Shown here: piece after piece, positions 62,513 through 64,000 of the stretch
How the letters are laid out: each line of letters begins with the position of its first letter
Numbering within the stretch: the stretch's first letter is position 1
NCBI GenBank assembly: GCA_038087875.1
Contig: CM075978.1
Span: 176,328,001 to 176,392,000, forward strand
DNA: 64,000 nt
Reading direction: 5' to 3'
From: Malacoraja senta
Lineage: Eukaryota
Position numbers and translations under genes: made by a program
Notes under the pieces: generated by a model
The model's database searches: none
Told to the model about the DNA's origin: nothing
The model's input: the letters and a program-made list of their open reading frames with translations, nothing else

Positions 62513-62810
62513 TCTTAAGGATAAGGGGGAAATCCTTTAAGACCGAGATGAGGAAAAACTTTTTCACACAGAGAGTGGTGAATCTCTGGAACTCTCTGCC
62601 ACAGAGGGTAGTTGAGGCCAGTTCATTGGCTATATTTAAGAGGGAGTTAGATGTGGCCCTTGTGGCTAAAGGGATCAGGGGGTATGGAGAGAAGGCAGGT
62701 ACGGGATACTGAGTTGGATGATCAGCCATGATCATATTGAATGGCGGTGCAGGCTCGAAGGGCCGAATGGCCTACTCCTGCACCTATTTTCTATGTATCT
62801 ATGTATCTAT
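62513..62810 (+). mobile_element. CR1 3' end
   Basis: LRIRGKSFKTEMRKNFFTQRVVNLWNSLP...; TATGTATC tail repeats. Confidence 0.9.
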
Positions 62811-62935
62811 GATGATAACAATCAAAATGAGGGCATTAATATGTGCTTGTGTTCATCGGGTGATTCTATCAAAAATCCTTTATTGAATTGTGTGCCTTTT
62901 TCTACATTTTAATCCAACCCTCCAGCCAAACTAAT

Positions 62936-63565
62936 TTCAAGATTCAAGAGAGTTTATTGTCATGTGTCCCAGATAGGACAATGAAATTCTTGCTTTGCTT
63001 CAGCACAACAGAATATAATAGGCATGAATAATACAGAACAGATCAGTGTGTCCATATACCATTATATAAATATATACACACATATAATAAATAAACAGAT
63101 AAAGTGAAAATAAACAGATAATGGGCTATGAATGTTCAGAGTTTTGTATGAGTTGAGTTTAATAGCCTGATGGCTGTGGGGAAGTAGCTATTCCTGAACC
63201 TGGACGTTGCAGTCTTCAGGCTCCTGTACCTTCTACCTGAAGGTAGGGGGGAGATGAGTGCGTGGCCAGAATGGTGTGGGTCCTTGATGATGCTGCCAGC
63301 CTTTTTGAGGCAGCGACTGCGATAGATCCCCTCGATGGTAGGGAGGTCAGAGCCGATGATGGACTGGGCAGTGTTTATTACTTTTTGTAGTCTTTTCCGC
63401 TCCTGGGCACTCAAGTTGCCGAACCAAGCCACGATGCAACCGGTCAGCATGCTCTCTACTGTGCACCTGTAGAAGTTAGAGAGAGTCCTCCTTGACATAC
63501 CGACTCTCTGTAATCTTCTCAGGAAGTAGAGGCGTTGATGTGCTTACTTTATAATTGCATCAGTG
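62936..63565 (-). mobile_element. Rex1/Babar LINE 3' end
   Basis: FYRCTVESMLTGCIVAWFGN...SRFRNSYFPTAIRLLN; TGACAATAAA and TCTTGAA tail on the minus strand. Confidence 0.88.
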
Positions 63566-63586
63566 TTCTTCACCCCAACATCACCA

Positions 63587-63891
63587 GGTGGCACAGTGGC
63601 GCAGCTGGTAGAGCCAGAGACCTGGGCTCAATACTGATCTCGGGTGCTGTCTGTGTGGAGTTTGCTCGTTCTCCCTGTGACCATGTAGCTTTCCTCTTTA
63701 TGCTCATTTTCTCCCACATCCCAAAGCCGTGCAAGTTTGTAGGTTAATTGGCCTCTTTAAAATTGCCGCTTGCGTATAGGGAGTGGATGCGAAAGTGGGA
63801 AAGCATAGAACTAGTATGAACAGGTGATCGATTGTCTGTGTGTACTTGGTAGGTTGAAGGGCCTATTTCCATGCTGTATCTCGAAACTAAA
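63587..63891 (+). mobile_element. HE1/V-SINE-like SINE
   Basis: GGTGGCACAGTGGCGCAGCTGGTAGAGC head, V-domain, AACTAAA tail. Confidence 0.8.
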
Positions 63892-64000
63892 CAGAGAACC
63901 TTCAAACAATGTTTTTGGTTCCGGCTGTGGTGAGCGAGAACCGTGCAGCCAGTGCAGATCCTACATACCTCTGTACTGGCTGCAGTACTGCGCCCTGGTC

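Larger units (their letters stand above)
1..64000 (+). other. CNOT1: CNOT1 gene body (partial; 19 internal coding exons plus introns; extends beyond both window ends)
   Basis: Spliced translation of the exons below is colinear and in frame with the recalled human CNOT1 N-terminal ~aa 71-990; every junction is GT-AG with compatible phases. Confidence 0.97.

Overview
Eukaryotic (vertebrate) genomic DNA. The repeat content (HE1/V-type and Deu-type SINEs, CR1, Penelope-like, Rex1/Babar and IR/DR Tc1 elements) suggests a cartilaginous fish such as a skate or ray; this is inference. The whole window lies inside the CNOT1 gene (CCR4-NOT scaffold subunit 1) on the + strand. I can place 19 consecutive coding exons with GT-AG boundaries and matching phases, equivalent to human exons 4-22 (TQFLIQEC... 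to ...FPHHLQE); start and stop codons lie outside the window. The introns are filled with decayed transposons, several nested: two Tc1 copies, a Tigger/MER47-like MITE, a Tc2/Kanga-like non-autonomous element in two inverted copies, CR1 and Rex1/Babar LINEs, one probable and one possible solo LTR, and many Penelope-like fragments. Most notable: (i) Penelope-derived termini carry minimal hammerhead-ribozyme cores, two intact and in sense orientation inside CNOT1 pre-mRNA; (ii) short fold-back Penelope insertions have 14-15 bp target-site duplications; (iii) an inverted Penelope pair brackets an in-frame 303-nt two-exon unit (circRNA candidate); (iv) the SKMKPS/T alternative 5' splice site known from human is conserved; (v) several near-perfect intronic hairpins occur. 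Most ORFs in the supplied track are repeat fragments or noise.
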